This document shows positions 45,869-46,473 of a stretch of DNA of 46,473 bases, piece by piece (the stretch's first letter is position 1; each line of letters opens with the position of its first letter). A program made the position numbers and the translations under genes. Where the stretch lies: sequence record OP142323.1; one strand, given 5' to 3'. The notes under the pieces are model-generated. The model was not told the origin of the DNA, searched no databases, and saw only the letters and a list, made by a program, of their open reading frames with translations. The stretch comes from Staphylococcus phage Lacachita.

Positions 45869-46398
45869 GTGAAAACAAAACAGACGGACGAGTTACTAAA
45901 GGTAAGTATCATGACTGGATATCTGACGAGGGTTTGAAGATTATTGAAGGTTGGGCTAGAGACGGACTGAGTAACAAACAGATCGCTCACAATATTGGGA
46001 TTGATGAAGCTACGTTCTATACGTGGCAGCATAAGTACGACAAGTTCCACGAGGCAGTAAAGAAAGGCAAAGAGGTTATCGACAGAGAAGTAGAGAACGC
46101 CTTACTTAAACGTGCATTAGGTTATGAAGCCGAAGAAACAAAGACATATTTTAAGAAAGGCAAGAACGGAGAAGAAACAAAACATATCGAAAAGACAAAG
46201 AAACACATTGCAGCAGATACAACGTCTATGATCTTTTGGCTTAAGAATAGAAAGCCTGATGAGTGGAACGACAGACGCGAGATCACACATACTGGATCTA
46301 TAGACAGCAATGTTAAGATGTTTGAAACAGTAAGCACTGATGAATTGCGTGACATTGTAAGTGATGTTAAAGATATACTACGCGGCGACAATCAATAA
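45865..46398 (+). CDS. terS: terminase small subunit
   Basis: An HTH 'GLSNKQIAHNIGIDEATFYTW' near the N-terminus. 177 aa. It lies 87 bp upstream of terL across the window ends. Confidence 0.6.
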   Translation: MSENKTDGRVTKGKYHDWISDEGLKIIEGWARDGLSNKQIAHNIGIDEATFYTWQHKYDKFHEAVKKGKEVIDREVENALLKRALGYEAEETKTYFKKGKNGEETKHIEKTKKHIAADTTSMIFWLKNRKPDEWNDRREITHTGSIDSNVKMFETVSTDELRDIVSDVKDILRGDNQ

Positions 46399-46473
46399 TA
46401 TAACAAACTTATAACTCGCTCGTCATAGACTTATAATCCGAGCGTAACAAGATATATACAAGATAGGTAAACT

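Noticed and set aside
1-46473. All other minus-strand ORFs in the track (for example 32-223, 246-602, 13840-14178, 37560-37754)
   Set aside because: Each lies inside a well-supported plus-strand gene, lacks an RBS, and has skewed low-complexity composition. The whole genome reads as a single-strand transcription unit.
1-46473. tRNA or other structured RNA genes
   Set aside because: No cloverleaf-like candidate was evident by eye in the intergenic regions. The only large structured non-coding RNA I can support is the group I intron. A tRNAscan run would be needed to be certain.

Overview
The window looks like a near-complete, circularly permuted genome of a Staphylococcus-type siphovirus (AT-rich, roughly one-third GC). 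It opens 12 nt before the large terminase gene and closes 75 nt after the small terminase gene, and every credible gene is on the + strand. Left half (1-27.6 kb) is a lambda/SPP1-like morphogenesis block followed by lysis genes: terL, portal, MuF-like head morphogenesis protein, scaffold, gpD-like and gpE-like head proteins, head-tail connectors, major tail protein plus a separate Big_2 Ig-like protein, G/G-T tail chaperones made by a canonical -1 frameshift, a 1610-aa tape measure carrying M23 peptidase and SLT domains, Dit, a Tal carrying a tail lysozyme and a second M23, a pectate-lyase-fold fibre, a fibre with three tandem repeats, membrane proteins, holin, and a CHAP-amidase_3-SH3b endolysin split by a group I intron that carries an HNH homing endonuclease gene. 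Right half (27.9-46.4 kb) holds early, replication and accessory genes: Gp157-like protein, ERF recombinase, DnaD-like replisome organiser with internal iterons, DnaB helicase, SSB, a free-standing HNH endonuclease, an XRE-type HTH protein, many small ORFs including a duplicated two-gene cassette flanking a YopX gene, a nucleoside 2-deoxyribosyltransferase-like protein, a tandemly duplicated HNH-like protein, MazG-like protein, RinB-like peptide, RecU resolvase, an SNase-like nuclease, a ParB-methyltransferase fusion and terS. I found no integrase or repressor, and the lysis-to-replication junction is only about 460 bp, so this is probably an obligately lytic phage or a lytic derivative. Families were assigned by recalling motifs, not by database search, and most functions need HMM or BLAST confirmation.
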